Shown here piece by piece: positions 50,054 to 60,873 of a stretch of 64,000 bases of DNA. The notes under the pieces are model-generated. The model did no database searches, was not told the origin of the DNA, and worked only from the letters and a program-made list of their open reading frames with translations. Numbering within the stretch: the first letter of the stretch is position 1; the number at the start of each line of letters is the position of its first letter. Source of the stretch: Pseudomonadota bacterium (GTDB lineage: Bacteria; Pseudomonadota; Alphaproteobacteria; Rhizobiales; Rhizobiaceae); NCBI GenBank assembly GCA_023404095.1, contig JAEYDD010000053.1:4850-68849 (forward strand). Reading direction: 5' to 3'. Both the position numbers and the translations under genes were made by a program.

Positions 50054-51700
50054 TCAAGCAAGCCGAACGCAGGCCATGTCGAGCGGCGAAAGCTCGATCG
50101 CGCCTCCGCTCAACCTGCCGCCAAAGCCGGGTACGGCGACGCTTTCTCCGAGAGCCATAGAAGAAGGCGGCGAGAATTGCGCCTTCGCCCGCGTCAGGTT
50201 GAACACGAACAGCAGCGTCTCCGCCCCCTTTTCGCGCGTAAACGCCAGGATGTCCTGGTTGGATGCGACGAAGGCCATGTCGCCGTCGTGGAGGGCGGCG
50301 TGCGCCTTCCGGAAGGCGAGCGTGTCGCGGTAGTGATTCAGCACCGAACCCGCGACCTTCTCCTGTGCGTCGGCGGCAAGCCGCGCGTGCTCCTCCGGAA
50401 CCGGCAGCCACGGCCGGCCGGAGCTGAAGCCGGCATGCGGCTCGCCGGCGCTCCACGGCATCGGCGTGCGGCAGCCGTCACGGCCCTTGAAGGCCGGCCA
50501 GAAGCGGATGCCATAGGGGTCGCGCAAGTCTTCGAAGGCAAGCTCTGCCTCGGGCAGGCCGAGCTCCTCGCCCTGGTAGAGGCAGATCGTTCCGCGCAAC
50601 GTGGAAAGCAGCGTGATCGCCAGCCGCGCCACGCGCTCGCGCTCCTCCGGCGTGTCGGCGAAGCGGCTGACATGGCGGACGACATCGTGGTTGGAAAACG
50701 CCCAGCAGACCCAGCCATCCGTCACTGCCTTCTGAAAGCCTTCGATGCACTTCCTGATATAGGAGGCGGAAAAATCCGGCCCCAGCAGATCGAAGGTGTA
50801 GCACATGTGCAGCTTGTCACCGCCGCTCGTATATTCCGCCACCGTCTTCAGAGACCGTGCGCCGTCACCGACCTCGCCCACGGTCGTGCGGTCATCGTAG
50901 TCATCGAGAAGCCTTCGCACCTTCTGTAGAAAGCTGACGTTTTCAGGCTGCGTCTTGTCAAAACGGTGCGCCTGCATGCCGTAGGGATTGACGTCGGGTG
51001 CATCGAGGCCGGCCTCGTCCGAATCCGGCTCGTGCGGCGGGTTGTCCCTCAGTTTCGCGTCGTGGAAGTAATAGTTCACCGTATCGAGGCGGAAGCCGTC
51101 GACGCCGCGGTCGAGCCAGAAGCGCATGGTCTCCAACACCGCCTCCTGGACCTTCGGGTTGTGGAAGTTCAGGTCGGGCTGGGAGGCGAGGAAATTGTGC
51201 ATGTAATACTGGCGGCGCACGCCGTCCCATTCCCAGGCCGGACCGCCGAACACCGAAAGCCAGTTGTTCGGCGCAGTCCCGTCCTTCTTGGGTTCCGCCC
51301 AGACATACCAGTCCGCCCTGTCGTTGTCGCGGCTCGACCGGCTCTCCCGGAACCATGGATGCTGGTCGGAGGTGTGCGAGATCACCTGGTCGACGATCAC
51401 CTTCATTCCCAGCCGGTGCGCCTCGGCCAGCATCTCGTCGAAGTCGGCGAGCGATCCGAACATCGGATCCACGTCGCAATAGTCGGAAACGTCGTAGCCC
51501 ATGTCCGCCATCGGCGACCTGAAGAACGGCGACAGCCAGATCGCGTCCACGCCGAGCCCTGCGATGTGCCCGAGCCGCCGCTTCACCCCCTGGAGATCGC
51601 CGATGCCGTCGCCTGTCGTGTCCTGGTAGGACCGGGGATAGACCTGATAGATCACCGCACCCCGCCACCAGTCGGCGGCCGTCGTCTTCGAAGCGGTCAT
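50054..51700 (-). CDS. GH13 alpha-glucosidase
   Basis: WWRGAVIYQVYPRS, DMGYDVSDY, QPDLN, GFRLDTVN, VGEVG, SNHD. Confidence 0.95.
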   Translation of the reverse strand: MTASKTTAADWWRGAVIYQVYPRSYQDTTGDGIGDLQGVKRRLGHIAGLGVDAIWLSPFFRSPMADMGYDVSDYCDVDPMFGSLADFDEMLAEAHRLGMKVIVDQVISHTSDQHPWFRESRSSRDNDRADWYVWAEPKKDGTAPNNWLSVFGGPAWEWDGVRRQYYMHNFLASQPDLNFHNPKVQEAVLETMRFWLDRGVDGFRLDTVNYYFHDAKLRDNPPHEPDSDEAGLDAPDVNPYGMQAHRFDKTQPENVSFLQKVRRLLDDYDDRTTVGEVGDGARSLKTVAEYTSGGDKLHMCYTFDLLGPDFSASYIRKCIEGFQKAVTDGWVCWAFSNHDVVRHVSRFADTPEERERVARLAITLLSTLRGTICLYQGEELGLPEAELAFEDLRDPYGIRFWPAFKGRDGCRTPMPWSAGEPHAGFSSGRPWLPVPEEHARLAADAQEKVAGSVLNHYRDTLAFRKAHAALHDGDMAFVASNQDILAFTREKGAETLLFVFNLTRAKAQFSPPSSMALGESVAVPGFGGRLSGGAIELSPLDMACVRLA

Positions 51701-52020
51701 GCAAGGCTCCCCGAGAATGTTGCTTGTCAATGTGTAACGAGCGGCTTCCGGCACGTAAACAAGCAAACCTGCGGGAAGCTGCGGAGCAGCGCAGCCTGCC
51801 GGCGGACGTTGACGGCCACGTCGCGGTTGACGCCCACTCCTGACGCAAGGATGATGCAACCCGATCGAAGCTGGAGCCTCGAAAGAACGGAGCCGCCATT
51901 GCACGGCCCGTATCCGGCCAGGCTTGAGCCGGCCGGCATCCTGAAGCGGAAGCGCGGCCGATCGGATTTCCCGTCGAAATGCAGCGATACCAGCTGCGGT
52001 CAGCCGGAAAGGGCGAGACT

Positions 52021-53028
52021 TTGACTGAACCCACCATCACGCTCACCCTGCAGGAGGTATCTGCGCTCGCCTCGACGGCATTGCTGCGGGCTGGCGCGGG
52101 CGAGCCGCTGGCCCGGTGCCTGGCGCGCGCGGTGACATCTGCCGAAGCGACCGGCAAGAGCGCGCTCGGCCTTGGCCATCTGCCAGATTATCTCGACGCC
52201 CTTGTCCGGGGCCGCATCGACGGCTACGCCGAACCGCTGATCACCTCGCCCGTCCCGGCACTGGTGCGCTGCGACTGCCGCGGCGGCATCGCCCAGCTCG
52301 GTTTCGACCACGCCTTTGAGGAACTGGTCACGAAGACGCAAACCTTCGGCCTGACGCTCTATACGTCGAAGAACAGTTTTACGACAGGCGAACTCGGCTG
52401 GTATGCCGCACGGCTTGCCGATGCCGGTCTGGTGGCACTTGCCGCCACCAACGGCCCCCCCCTTCTCGCCGGGGCCGGCAGCACGAAGCCCGTCTATTGC
52501 ACCAATCCGCTCGCCTTCGCCGCTCCGCGCGCCGACGGCCCGCCGCTGGTGATCGATCAGGCATCAAGCGCCACCGCCTTCGTCAAGATCCGCCAGGCGG
52601 CGGAGCGCGGCGAGCCGATCCCGGAAGGCTGGGCGCTGGACGAGGCAGGCCGGCCGACCACGGACCCGAACGCTGCGCTTCGGGGCGCGCTGCTCGCCTT
52701 CGGCGGCGAGCGCGGCGCCAACCTCGCGCTGATGGTGGAGGTACTCTCGGCCGGGTTGTCCGGCGCCAACTGGTCGATCGACGCCCCGGACTTCCAGTCC
52801 GGCGATCAATCGCCAGGCGCGGGCCTTTTCGTCCTGGCCATCGCGCCCCAGTTCCTCGCACACGACTTTGAAACGCGGCTCGCCCGGCAGTTGGAACGCC
52901 TCGCCGGGGAGTTCGGCGTGCACATCCCCGGCGAAGCGCGTGCGCGCGCCCGATGGCATTCCGGCAATGCCGGTATCACCTTGCCGCAGGCGCTCTTTGA
53001 CAGTATCTCCTCCTTCCGACGCAGCTAG
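52021..53028 (+). CDS. Ldh_2 family (malate/L-lactate/sulfolactate-type) dehydrogenase
   Basis: YCTNPLAFAAP, IDQASSA, IPEGWALD..GRPTTDP, FGGERG; TTG start. Confidence 0.88.
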   Translation: MTEPTITLTLQEVSALASTALLRAGAGEPLARCLARAVTSAEATGKSALGLGHLPDYLDALVRGRIDGYAEPLITSPVPALVRCDCRGGIAQLGFDHAFEELVTKTQTFGLTLYTSKNSFTTGELGWYAARLADAGLVALAATNGPPLLAGAGSTKPVYCTNPLAFAAPRADGPPLVIDQASSATAFVKIRQAAERGEPIPEGWALDEAGRPTTDPNAALRGALLAFGGERGANLALMVEVLSAGLSGANWSIDAPDFQSGDQSPGAGLFVLAIAPQFLAHDFETRLARQLERLAGEFGVHIPGEARARARWHSGNAGITLPQALFDSISSFRRS

Positions 53029-53068
53029 AGCAAGTCAGGTGAAATCCTGTTCGCGGGAATTGCTCTAG
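53025..53068. repeat. Short CTAGAGC-ended inverted-repeat element
   Basis: CTAGAGCAA ... TTGCTCTAG terminal inverted repeats. Confidence 0.5.
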
Positions 53069-53144
53069 GGAATTGTGATGACTGCATTATCCGACATGGA
53101 AGCGATGCCGCTTCGGCCGGAGATGCTCAAGGGAGGCGGAAACG

Positions 53145-54062
53145 ATGGCAGGGAAACTGCTCGCGATCGGCGAGTGCATGGTCGAGCTGATGCAGGCGGA
53201 CGACGGCCTGATGCGAAAGAGCTTCGCCGGCGACACCTTCAACACCGCCTACTACGCCCGCCTCTTCCTGCCGGCCGACTGGAGCGTCGACTACTTCACC
53301 GCCGTCGGCCGTGACATGATCTCTGACGAAATGCTGGCCTTCATGGAAGGACACGGCGTCGGCACCGGCCAGATCGCGCGCATCGAGGGCCGCGCGCCCG
53401 GGCTCTATATGATCCACCTCAACGACGGCGAGCGCAGCTTCTCCTACTGGCGTTCGGTCTCCGCGGCGAAACTGTTGGCGCGCGATGCCGATCGCCTGCG
53501 CAAGGCCATCGAAGCCTCCGACGTCATCGTATTTTCCGGCATTACCCTGGCGATCCTTCCGCCCGAGGACGTGGACACGCTTCTCGCCGAGCTTCGCCGC
53601 GCCAAGGCTGCCGGCAAGCTGGTCGCCTTCGATCCGAACATCCGACCGCGGCTGTGGGATAGTGCAGGACGCATGCGCGAAACGATCACCGACGGCGCCC
53701 GGGCCGCAACCCTCGTCATGCCGAGCTTCGACGACGAAGCCAGCCATTTCGGAGACGCATCCATCGAGGCCACGATCGATCGCTACCGCGCGCTGGGCGT
53801 CGCCGACCTCGTGGTCAAGAACGGCGCCGAAGGTGCAACGCTCGCGTTCGGAGAAGACAGCACGCACGTTCCCTCCGCCCGTGTCGAGCGCGTCATCGAC
53901 ACCACCAGCGCCGGCGACAGCTTCAACGGCGGCTTCCTTGCCCGCTACGTCGCAACCGGCGACGCGCCCGCCTCCGCCCGCTTCGCCGCCGACCTCGCCG
54001 CCGCTGTCATCCAGCACCACGGCGCGCTGGTCGCTGGCGACAAGCTTCCGCAAGCCGACTAA
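53145..54062 (+). CDS. kdgK: 2-dehydro-3-deoxygluconokinase (PfkB family)
   Basis: IGECMVEL, AGDTFNTAYY, GERSFSYWR, FDPNIRPRLW, DTTSAGDSFNGG. Confidence 0.85.
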   Translation: MAGKLLAIGECMVELMQADDGLMRKSFAGDTFNTAYYARLFLPADWSVDYFTAVGRDMISDEMLAFMEGHGVGTGQIARIEGRAPGLYMIHLNDGERSFSYWRSVSAAKLLARDADRLRKAIEASDVIVFSGITLAILPPEDVDTLLAELRRAKAAGKLVAFDPNIRPRLWDSAGRMRETITDGARAATLVMPSFDDEASHFGDASIEATIDRYRALGVADLVVKNGAEGATLAFGEDSTHVPSARVERVIDTTSAGDSFNGGFLARYVATGDAPASARFAADLAAAVIQHHGALVAGDKLPQAD

Positions 54063-54162
54063 GCAGGGCTCATCGCACAAGCCCTCTCCGAGCCGATCAT
54101 GCTTGTCCCCACGGACCGCAAGATCGTCGCCTTAATGCAGCAGCAGGCGCTCTGGCAGACGC

Positions 54163-55596
54163 TCAGCGCCTCTTCTTCGCCTTGTTGGCATAGGGGTTTT
54201 CCGACGCCTTGAAATGGATGCGGATCGGCACGCCCGGCAGGTCGAAATCGTTGCGCAGGCCGTTCGTGAGATAGCGCACATAGGATTCCGGCAGCGCCTC
54301 GGGACGCGTGCAGGAGATCATGAAGCCCGGCGGGCGCGCCTTAACCTGCGTCATGTACTTCAGCTTCAACCGGCGGCCGGAGACAGCCGGTGGCGGATGC
54401 TGGACCTGCTGCGCATCCAGCCAGCGGTTCAATCGGGCAGTCGAGATGCGGCGGTTCCAGACACGGTCGGTGTCGATGATCGACTGCATCAGCTTGTCGA
54501 GCCCGCGGCCGGTCTGGCCGGAAATCGGCACGGCGCGAATACCGCGCGCCTGCGGCAGGAGCCGGTCTGTCTTCTCGCGCAGGTCGGCCAGAACGGCCTG
54601 CGGATCCTCGATCAGGTCCCACTTGTTGAAGGCAAGCACGGCCGCGCGGCCTTCGCGCAGCACGAGGTCGACGATCTGCAGGTCCTGCTTCTCGAAGGGA
54701 ATGGTCGCATCGAAGACGATGACGACGGTCTCGGCGAAACGGATGGCGCGAAGGCCATCGGCGACCGAGAGCTTCTCCAGCTTCTCCTGGACCTTCGCCT
54801 TGCGGCGCATGCCGGCGGTGTCGAACATCTTGATGGTGCGGCCGCGCCATTCCCACTCGACCGAGATGCTGTCGCGGGTAATGCCGGCTTCGGGGCCGGT
54901 CAACAGCCGGTCCTCGCCGAGGAAGCGGTTGATCAGCGTCGACTTGCCGGCGTTCGGCCGACCGACGATGGCGACGCGCAGCGGCTTCGTCTCGTCATAT
55001 TCCGGTTCGTAATCGTCGTCCTTTTCCAGGCCTTCGGCAACAGCTTCCGAACGCAGGTCGACATCGGTGACGGCCTCGTCTTCCTCCGGGAAGGCACGCT
55101 CCTCGCCGATCGCAGCGACGATTGCATCGCGCAGATCGAGCATGCCCTGGCCGTGCTCGGCTGAGATCGGCGTCGGTTCTCCGAGACCGAGCGTGAAGGC
55201 ATCATAGAAACCGCCATCGGAGCCGCGGGCTTCCGACTTGTTGGCGACGAGCACGACCGGCTTGCCCTTGCGGCGCAGCATGTCGGCAAGGGCCGTATCG
55301 ACAGGGGTCAGGCCCATTTTGGCATCGACGACGAAGAGCGACAGGTCCGCCTCGTCGATGGCCGCTTCCGTCTGGGCGCGCATGCGGCCCTGCAATGTCT
55401 CGGGGGCAGCTTCTTCGAGACCGGCCGTATCGATGATGTGGAATTTCAGGTCGATCAGACGCGCCTCGCCGGGACGGCGATCGCGGGTAACGCCCGGGGT
55501 GTCGTCCACAAGCGCAAGCTTCTTGCCCACCAGCCTGTTGAACAGGGTGGACTTGCCGACATTGGGGCGCCCGACGATGGCGACGGTGAAGCTCAT
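54163..55596 (-). CDS. der: Ribosome biogenesis GTPase Der (EngA)
   Basis: Two G domains: [17 protein letters not shown] and [17 protein letters not shown]. Confidence 0.98.
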   Translation of the reverse strand: MSFTVAIVGRPNVGKSTLFNRLVGKKLALVDDTPGVTRDRRPGEARLIDLKFHIIDTAGLEEAAPETLQGRMRAQTEAAIDEADLSLFVVDAKMGLTPVDTALADMLRRKGKPVVLVANKSEARGSDGGFYDAFTLGLGEPTPISAEHGQGMLDLRDAIVAAIGEERAFPEEDEAVTDVDLRSEAVAEGLEKDDDYEPEYDETKPLRVAIVGRPNAGKSTLINRFLGEDRLLTGPEAGITRDSISVEWEWRGRTIKMFDTAGMRRKAKVQEKLEKLSVADGLRAIRFAETVVIVFDATIPFEKQDLQIVDLVLREGRAAVLAFNKWDLIEDPQAVLADLREKTDRLLPQARGIRAVPISGQTGRGLDKLMQSIIDTDRVWNRRISTARLNRWLDAQQVQHPPPAVSGRRLKLKYMTQVKARPPGFMISCTRPEALPESYVRYLTNGLRNDFDLPGVPIRIHFKASENPYANKAKKRR

Positions 55597-55639
55597 GGGG
55601 ACGTTCCGTTCAGGTTGAGCCGCGTTGGATCGCGCGGCC

Positions 55640-56311
55640 TCAGGCGGCCTTGCCGCTGGCGGTGATCAGGTCCAGCATCATCTGGGCGCGGTTGGCGACG
55701 TTGCGCGGGCTCTCGCCATCGTTGACGACCTGCTCGAACCATTCCTTCGCGCGGGCGACGTCGCCCGCCTTGTAGGCCGACAGGCCGAGCACCTCGCGCG
55801 CCGAATGGCGCATCGGGTTGGTCGCATTGGTCAGTTGCTCGGCTTCCGCCGCCACCTCTTCATAGGAGCCGGTATCGACGAGCAGATAGGCAGCACGCAG
55901 ACGGGCTGCATCGCGCAGCGCCTGCGGCACCGAACCATCCTTGGCGATCGCCGTGAAGGCCACGATAGCACCCGGTGCATCGCCGCCTTCCGCCAGAAGC
56001 GAGGCAGAACGGATGCGCGCCAGCACAGGGTAGGCTCCGAACCCTTCCTTCTCAAGTGCCGCCAGTTCCTTCTGGCCCGCCTCGCGGTCGCCTTCGCGGA
56101 TCTGCGTCAGCGCGGACAGGAACTGGTCGCCGGCGGCGGACGATTCTCGTTCGCGCCAGAATTCGTAGCCGACCTTGCCGATCGTGCCGAGAACGACGAG
56201 GACGGCGGCGCCGATCAGCACGCGGCCGAACCGACGCCAGATGGAGCGCATGCGTTCGGAACGCAGTTCCTCATTGACTTCGCGAATAAAGCTGTCGTCC
56301 TGGTTTACCAT
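55640..56311 (-). CDS. YfgM-like TPR membrane protein
   Basis: [13 protein letters not shown], single TM, TPR-like helices; directly upstream of der. Confidence 0.85.
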   Translation of the reverse strand: MVNQDDSFIREVNEELRSERMRSIWRRFGRVLIGAAVLVVLGTIGKVGYEFWRERESSAAGDQFLSALTQIREGDREAGQKELAALEKEGFGAYPVLARIRSASLLAEGGDAPGAIVAFTAIAKDGSVPQALRDAARLRAAYLLVDTGSYEEVAAEAEQLTNATNPMRHSAREVLGLSAYKAGDVARAKEWFEQVVNDGESPRNVANRAQMMLDLITASGKAA

Positions 56312-56416
56312 TCGTGGTCCGGCTTTCACTCAGATGATAGGTTTTCCGCGCTTCTACCCGATTTTTGCCCCGTTGTAAGGGGGCAGCGCGAAATCCCGCC
56401 CGTGGCCGGCTCACGA

Positions 56417-57001
56417 TCAGGGGAGCGGGGCAACACCGATCAGCCATTCGTGCAGCTTCAGGACGATCGCGGCATAGAGCAGAGCACCCACGATCACCGA
56501 AATGACGTCGTATCTTGCGGAGACAAACACCGGCAAGGCCCCCTCCCCGGAAGCGATCCGCTTCTTCAGTGAAATGCGCAGGATCACCGCCCAGGCGAGG
56601 ATCGCTCCGAACAGCAGGACCGAATAGCTTTCGCCATTGGCCAGCAGGTGCGAGAACGCCCACAGCTTGATCGCAACGAGCGCGGGGAACTTCAGTTTCA
56701 CGCGGATGTGCCCGGCCGGCATGAAGGCCGCGACAAGACAGATCGAGGCGATCAGCATCAGCGTGAGCGCGATGTGGGCCATGAAGACCGGCGGATAATA
56801 GAGCATTTCGCCGCCGCTATCGCGCGCCAGGACGAAACCATAGGCCATCATGAAAAGGCTGATCAGCGAGACGTTGCCGTGCAGCGCCATGAAGGTCGGC
56901 TTTCCAAGCCGCGCGATCAGGCCCGCACGAAGGCCGGGGGCGAAGGGGCGAACCAGGTGGGTGGCGATGAAGAGGATGATGCCGGCGACCAGCAAAGCCA
57001 T
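56417..57001 (-). CDS. NnrU family membrane protein
   Basis: LFIATHL, IKLWAFSHLLANG, LHEWLIGV. Confidence 0.88.
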   Translation of the reverse strand: MALLVAGIILFIATHLVRPFAPGLRAGLIARLGKPTFMALHGNVSLISLFMMAYGFVLARDSGGEMLYYPPVFMAHIALTLMLIASICLVAAFMPAGHIRVKLKFPALVAIKLWAFSHLLANGESYSVLLFGAILAWAVILRISLKKRIASGEGALPVFVSARYDVISVIVGALLYAAIVLKLHEWLIGVAPLP

Positions 57002-57140
57002 TGAATTGCGCCTTTCGTGAATGAAATCCGGTGTGCGACCGTCGTCATGGGATAGCGCCCCCCACAGCCAATTTCCAGCACGATCACGGCTTTGCCGCAT
57101 TCACGAACGATGAAGCCCCCTGCAAATTGTCGCGGTAGCC

Positions 57141-58145
57141 ATGTTTCGATCAAGTCTTTCGACCCTTTTCGCCCTTGCCCTTGTCGGTTGTCCGCTCTCT
57201 TCCCGCGCCCAGGATCCGGCGCCGGAGAAGCCGAAGCAGCTGGTCGTCGTCTCCTTCGACGGCGCGCACGACACACGGCTCTGGGAGAGGAGCCGTGAGA
57301 TGGCAAAACGCACCGGCGCCCGTTTCACCTACTTTCTGTCCTGTACGTTCCTGATGACGAAGGAAGACCGCAAGAGCTATCAGGCGCCTCATGAAAAGCG
57401 CGGCAAGTCCAATGTCGGCTTCGCACCCGACGACGCGGACGTGATCAGGCGGCTGGACGAGATCTGGCTCGCCCGCAGCGAAGGCCATGACATCGGCAGC
57501 CATGCCTGCGGCCATTTCGACGGCACGAAATGGAACGTGGACGACTGGAAGCAGGAGTTCGACTTCTTCCGAAACACGCTCCGCGAGGCCTGGGCCAATG
57601 CCGGCGTGCCCGAGCGCGAGCCGGTGGAATGGCGCGACTTTGCCGAAAAGGACATCATCGGCTTCCGCGCGCCCTATCTCGCCACCAGCCCATCTCTGGT
57701 GAAGGCGCTGCGCGACTTCGGCTTCCGCTACGATGCAAGCCAGGTGTCGAAGGGTCCGGCCATGCCCCGCGCCGCCGACGACGGCCTCGTGCACTTCGCC
57801 CTGCCGCTGATCCCCGAAGGACCGTCGGCCAAACCTGTCATCGGGATGGACTACAACCTCTTCGTCCGCCATTCGCTCGGCATTGAGGACAAGAAGCACA
57901 GCGCCACCTACGAGGAGAGGACGCTCGCCGCCTACCGGGCAGCCTTCGAAAAGCAATATGAAGGCGACCGCATCCCGCTGCAGCTCGGCTTTCATTTCGT
58001 GGAGATGAACGGCGGCGCCTACTGGCGCGCGCTCGACCGTTTCCTCACCGAGGCCTGCGCCAAGCCGGACGTCGCCTGCGTCAGCCATCGCGAGGCGATG
58101 GATATCGTCGGCAGGGAGAAGAAGGCGGCCGGAGCCGCCCTCTGA
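57141..58145 (+). CDS. Secreted polysaccharide deacetylase-like protein
   Basis: Signal peptide, VVSFDG, HDIGSHACGHF, GFRAPYL, GFHF. Confidence 0.88.
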   Translation: MFRSSLSTLFALALVGCPLSSRAQDPAPEKPKQLVVVSFDGAHDTRLWERSREMAKRTGARFTYFLSCTFLMTKEDRKSYQAPHEKRGKSNVGFAPDDADVIRRLDEIWLARSEGHDIGSHACGHFDGTKWNVDDWKQEFDFFRNTLREAWANAGVPEREPVEWRDFAEKDIIGFRAPYLATSPSLVKALRDFGFRYDASQVSKGPAMPRAADDGLVHFALPLIPEGPSAKPVIGMDYNLFVRHSLGIEDKKHSATYEERTLAAYRAAFEKQYEGDRIPLQLGFHFVEMNGGAYWRALDRFLTEACAKPDVACVSHREAMDIVGREKKAAGAAL

Positions 58146-58164
58146 CGGTCGTCGGACTAGGCCA

Positions 58165-59442
58165 TTACGGGCTGTTGGCCGCCAGCGCGTCACCGTTTTC
58201 CTTCCGTTCCAGATATCGCTGGTCGATCTCCGGAAGGGGCTCGTCCTGGATCACCGCTTCGAAGGCCTTGAGGCGCTTGTAGATCGAAAGCAGCTCGACG
58301 ATCGTGGTCCAGGAATTCACCAGATACTGGAAGGATTCGCGCACCTGCCCGAACACGTTCTGAATTTGGCTCATCACGCCGAGGGTCAACTTGCCCGCGA
58401 CGATCGAGGGAACCAGCACGAAAGTTCCAAACAGGTTATCGGCCTGCAAATAGAAGATGCGGGCGACGTTGAAATACAGGTAGTGGAAATAGAGGCGGAA
58501 ATAGTTCTTCCGCACATTGGCGAAAAGCTGCGCCACGGTCGGAGGCTGTGCCCGGTCGGCATGATCTTCGCCATAGACCAGTTCCTTACGATAGGCGGCC
58601 TCGACGCGCTGGTTGCGGAATTCCAGGCCTGGCAGCTTGATGCCGACCACGGCCAGAAACACCGTCCCGAACAGCGACCAGCAGATTGCCGCCCAGACCA
58701 AGGCATGCGGTACCTCGCCGACGAACGGCAGGACGGTCACCGTGGTAGAAAATTTGAACAGCACCGGCAGGAAGGCGACGAGCGTCATGATCGAGCTGAC
58801 CAGGCTGACGCCGAGGCCCTCCACCGTCCGCGAGAAGCGCATCGTGTCGTCCTGCACACGCTGCGAGGCGCCTTCGATGTGACGCAGCTTGTCCCAGTGG
58901 GACATGTAGAAATCGTTCATCGCCGTGCGCCAGCGGAAAACATAGTGGCTGACGAAGAACAGGTTCAACGTTCCGATGGTGATCGCGACGAAAGCGATGC
59001 CGGCAAAACCGATCATCCCGACAAAGAGATCGGTTTCCGTCGGGATGGGATCGGTCCGGGCGAGACCCCGCTGGATCATGTCGTAGAACGGCCCGTACCA
59101 GGCATTGATCGCCACGCTCACCTGGACGGAAAAATAGGTGTTGAAGATGATGAGCGCCGAACCCAGCACCGACCAGAGCTGCCATGGATGCGGGCTGAAG
59201 GTAAACCAGAAGGCGGCAAATACCCCCACCATCAATGTGTAGTAGAGATAGAACCATATGAACGGCGGCGACCAGAAGACGGAGACCCCGATCACCGCTT
59301 CCTCGCCGGGTTGCAGCGGCGGCAGGCCGAAGAACGCTCCCAGTTGCTCCCCGCCGGCGTACCAGATGATCATCGCAAGGGCTGACCAGACGATAACGGA
59401 TGGAAAGAAGAGCTTGGGACGGGGGAAAAAGGAGACAAACAA
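58165..59442 (-). CDS. bacA: Peptide transporter BacA/SbmA
   Basis: [58 protein letters not shown] start. Confidence 0.95.
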   Translation of the reverse strand: MFVSFFPRPKLFFPSVIVWSALAMIIWYAGGEQLGAFFGLPPLQPGEEAVIGVSVFWSPPFIWFYLYYTLMVGVFAAFWFTFSPHPWQLWSVLGSALIIFNTYFSVQVSVAINAWYGPFYDMIQRGLARTDPIPTETDLFVGMIGFAGIAFVAITIGTLNLFFVSHYVFRWRTAMNDFYMSHWDKLRHIEGASQRVQDDTMRFSRTVEGLGVSLVSSIMTLVAFLPVLFKFSTTVTVLPFVGEVPHALVWAAICWSLFGTVFLAVVGIKLPGLEFRNQRVEAAYRKELVYGEDHADRAQPPTVAQLFANVRKNYFRLYFHYLYFNVARIFYLQADNLFGTFVLVPSIVAGKLTLGVMSQIQNVFGQVRESFQYLVNSWTTIVELLSIYKRLKAFEAVIQDEPLPEIDQRYLERKENGDALAANSP

Positions 59443-59558
59443 CTGCAGCGCTTTCTTTTCACGGAGACGCGGATTGCGGCACGAGCCGAAGATGGCCGGA
59501 AACTAAAGCAGTTTCCCCATCGCAACAATCGCAGAGGCCTTGCATTACCGAGATTTAA

Positions 59559-60740
59559 TCAAGCCTGCCGGTCGCGCGCTGCAAGCGTCGCTACCGCCGC
59601 GACCGCAAGAACGGCCGCCGCAGCCACGCTCGGCAGGCCATAGCCGCCGCTGATCGAGGCCAGCCGGCCGGCCGCCAGGGGGCCGACGATCTGCCCGACA
59701 CCAAACGCCGCCGTCATCATCGCAAGCGAGCGGCGCGGGCTCTGCGGCGCCATCGCCCGGCCGAGCTGCAGGCCGTAGGCGGTGACCACCATGAAGGTCG
59801 CTCCGAGCAGGACCCCGCCGACCAGCACGGAGGACGGCGCAGGCAGGATGACGGTGGCGGCGACACCCAGCGCCTCCAGCACCAAGGCAGCCTGATAGAC
59901 GCCCAAAACGCCGAGGCGGCTGTCCAGCCGCTTCCAGACGAAGAGCGACAAGGCCGCACTCAGTCCGGTGAGAAACCACGTCATGCCCTCTAGCAAATGT
60001 CCGCCGCCGCCCTCGCGCGCCATTGCGACGATGAAGGTTGCCGTGACGACATAGCCGATGCCGAACAGACCGTAGCTCAGCGTCAGCGCCACGAGGGGAC
60101 GCGGCCACGCAAGCGGAGGTTCGGGCCTTGCCGCAGCATGGGCATTGCCGCGGGGCAGAAGCGCGGCGACGGCAACAAGGGCGACAGCGGCACCGATGGC
60201 GGCGACCAGCCAGTCCAGGCGCCAGCTCGCCAGGCCGGCCGGATGAAACGGCGACAGGCCCAGCACCAGCACGGAGGAAAGCGCAATACCGGCCCCCACC
60301 CCCGAAAAATAGATCATCGGAACGCGGCGGTCTCCTGCCGAAGCGCCGAACGAAAGCACGACGGCCGACGTGAAGACCATGCCCAGCGCGCTGGAAAGCC
60401 CGGCGAGAAAGCGGATCACAACGAATGCAGGGATCGTGCCCGCAACCGCCATCGCCGCCAGCAGCACCACGTTGGCAAACAGCGCCCACAATGCCAGGCT
60501 GCGCTCGCGCCCGGCCGCCCATCCGTGGGCAGCCAGAACGGCGCCGATCAGGTAGCCTGCGAAATTGGCCGCCGCAATCAGTCCGCTCTGCGTCGGGTCG
60601 AGCCCGAGGTCGGCCATCATCGCCGGCAGGACGGGCGTATAGAAGAAGCGCCCGAACCCCATCAGGGAAGCCAGCGCTATGGCGCCGGCGACAGCCACCG
60701 TGAGTGGTGAAGGGCCCGGCGGTTTGGAAACATGCAGCAT
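59559..60740 (-). CDS. YbfB/YjiJ family MFS transporter
   Basis: MGFGRFFYTPVLP, ANFAGYLIGA, YGLFGIGY; about 12 TMs. Confidence 0.9.
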   Translation of the reverse strand: MLHVSKPPGPSPLTVAVAGAIALASLMGFGRFFYTPVLPAMMADLGLDPTQSGLIAAANFAGYLIGAVLAAHGWAAGRERSLALWALFANVVLLAAMAVAGTIPAFVVIRFLAGLSSALGMVFTSAVVLSFGASAGDRRVPMIYFSGVGAGIALSSVLVLGLSPFHPAGLASWRLDWLVAAIGAAVALVAVAALLPRGNAHAAARPEPPLAWPRPLVALTLSYGLFGIGYVVTATFIVAMAREGGGGHLLEGMTWFLTGLSAALSLFVWKRLDSRLGVLGVYQAALVLEALGVAATVILPAPSSVLVGGVLLGATFMVVTAYGLQLGRAMAPQSPRRSLAMMTAAFGVGQIVGPLAAGRLASISGGYGLPSVAAAAVLAVAAVATLAARDRQA

Positions 60741-60873
60741 GGCCCCATCCTATTGCGGCGCAACATGGACCGGCAAACGACTATTACTGATGGAACGTCC
60801 ACTTTTCCTGATGGTGATGCCCGTCCCCATGAAACGCCGGCGGCGACGCGCAGCCTGGCCCGCCGGATGGGGC

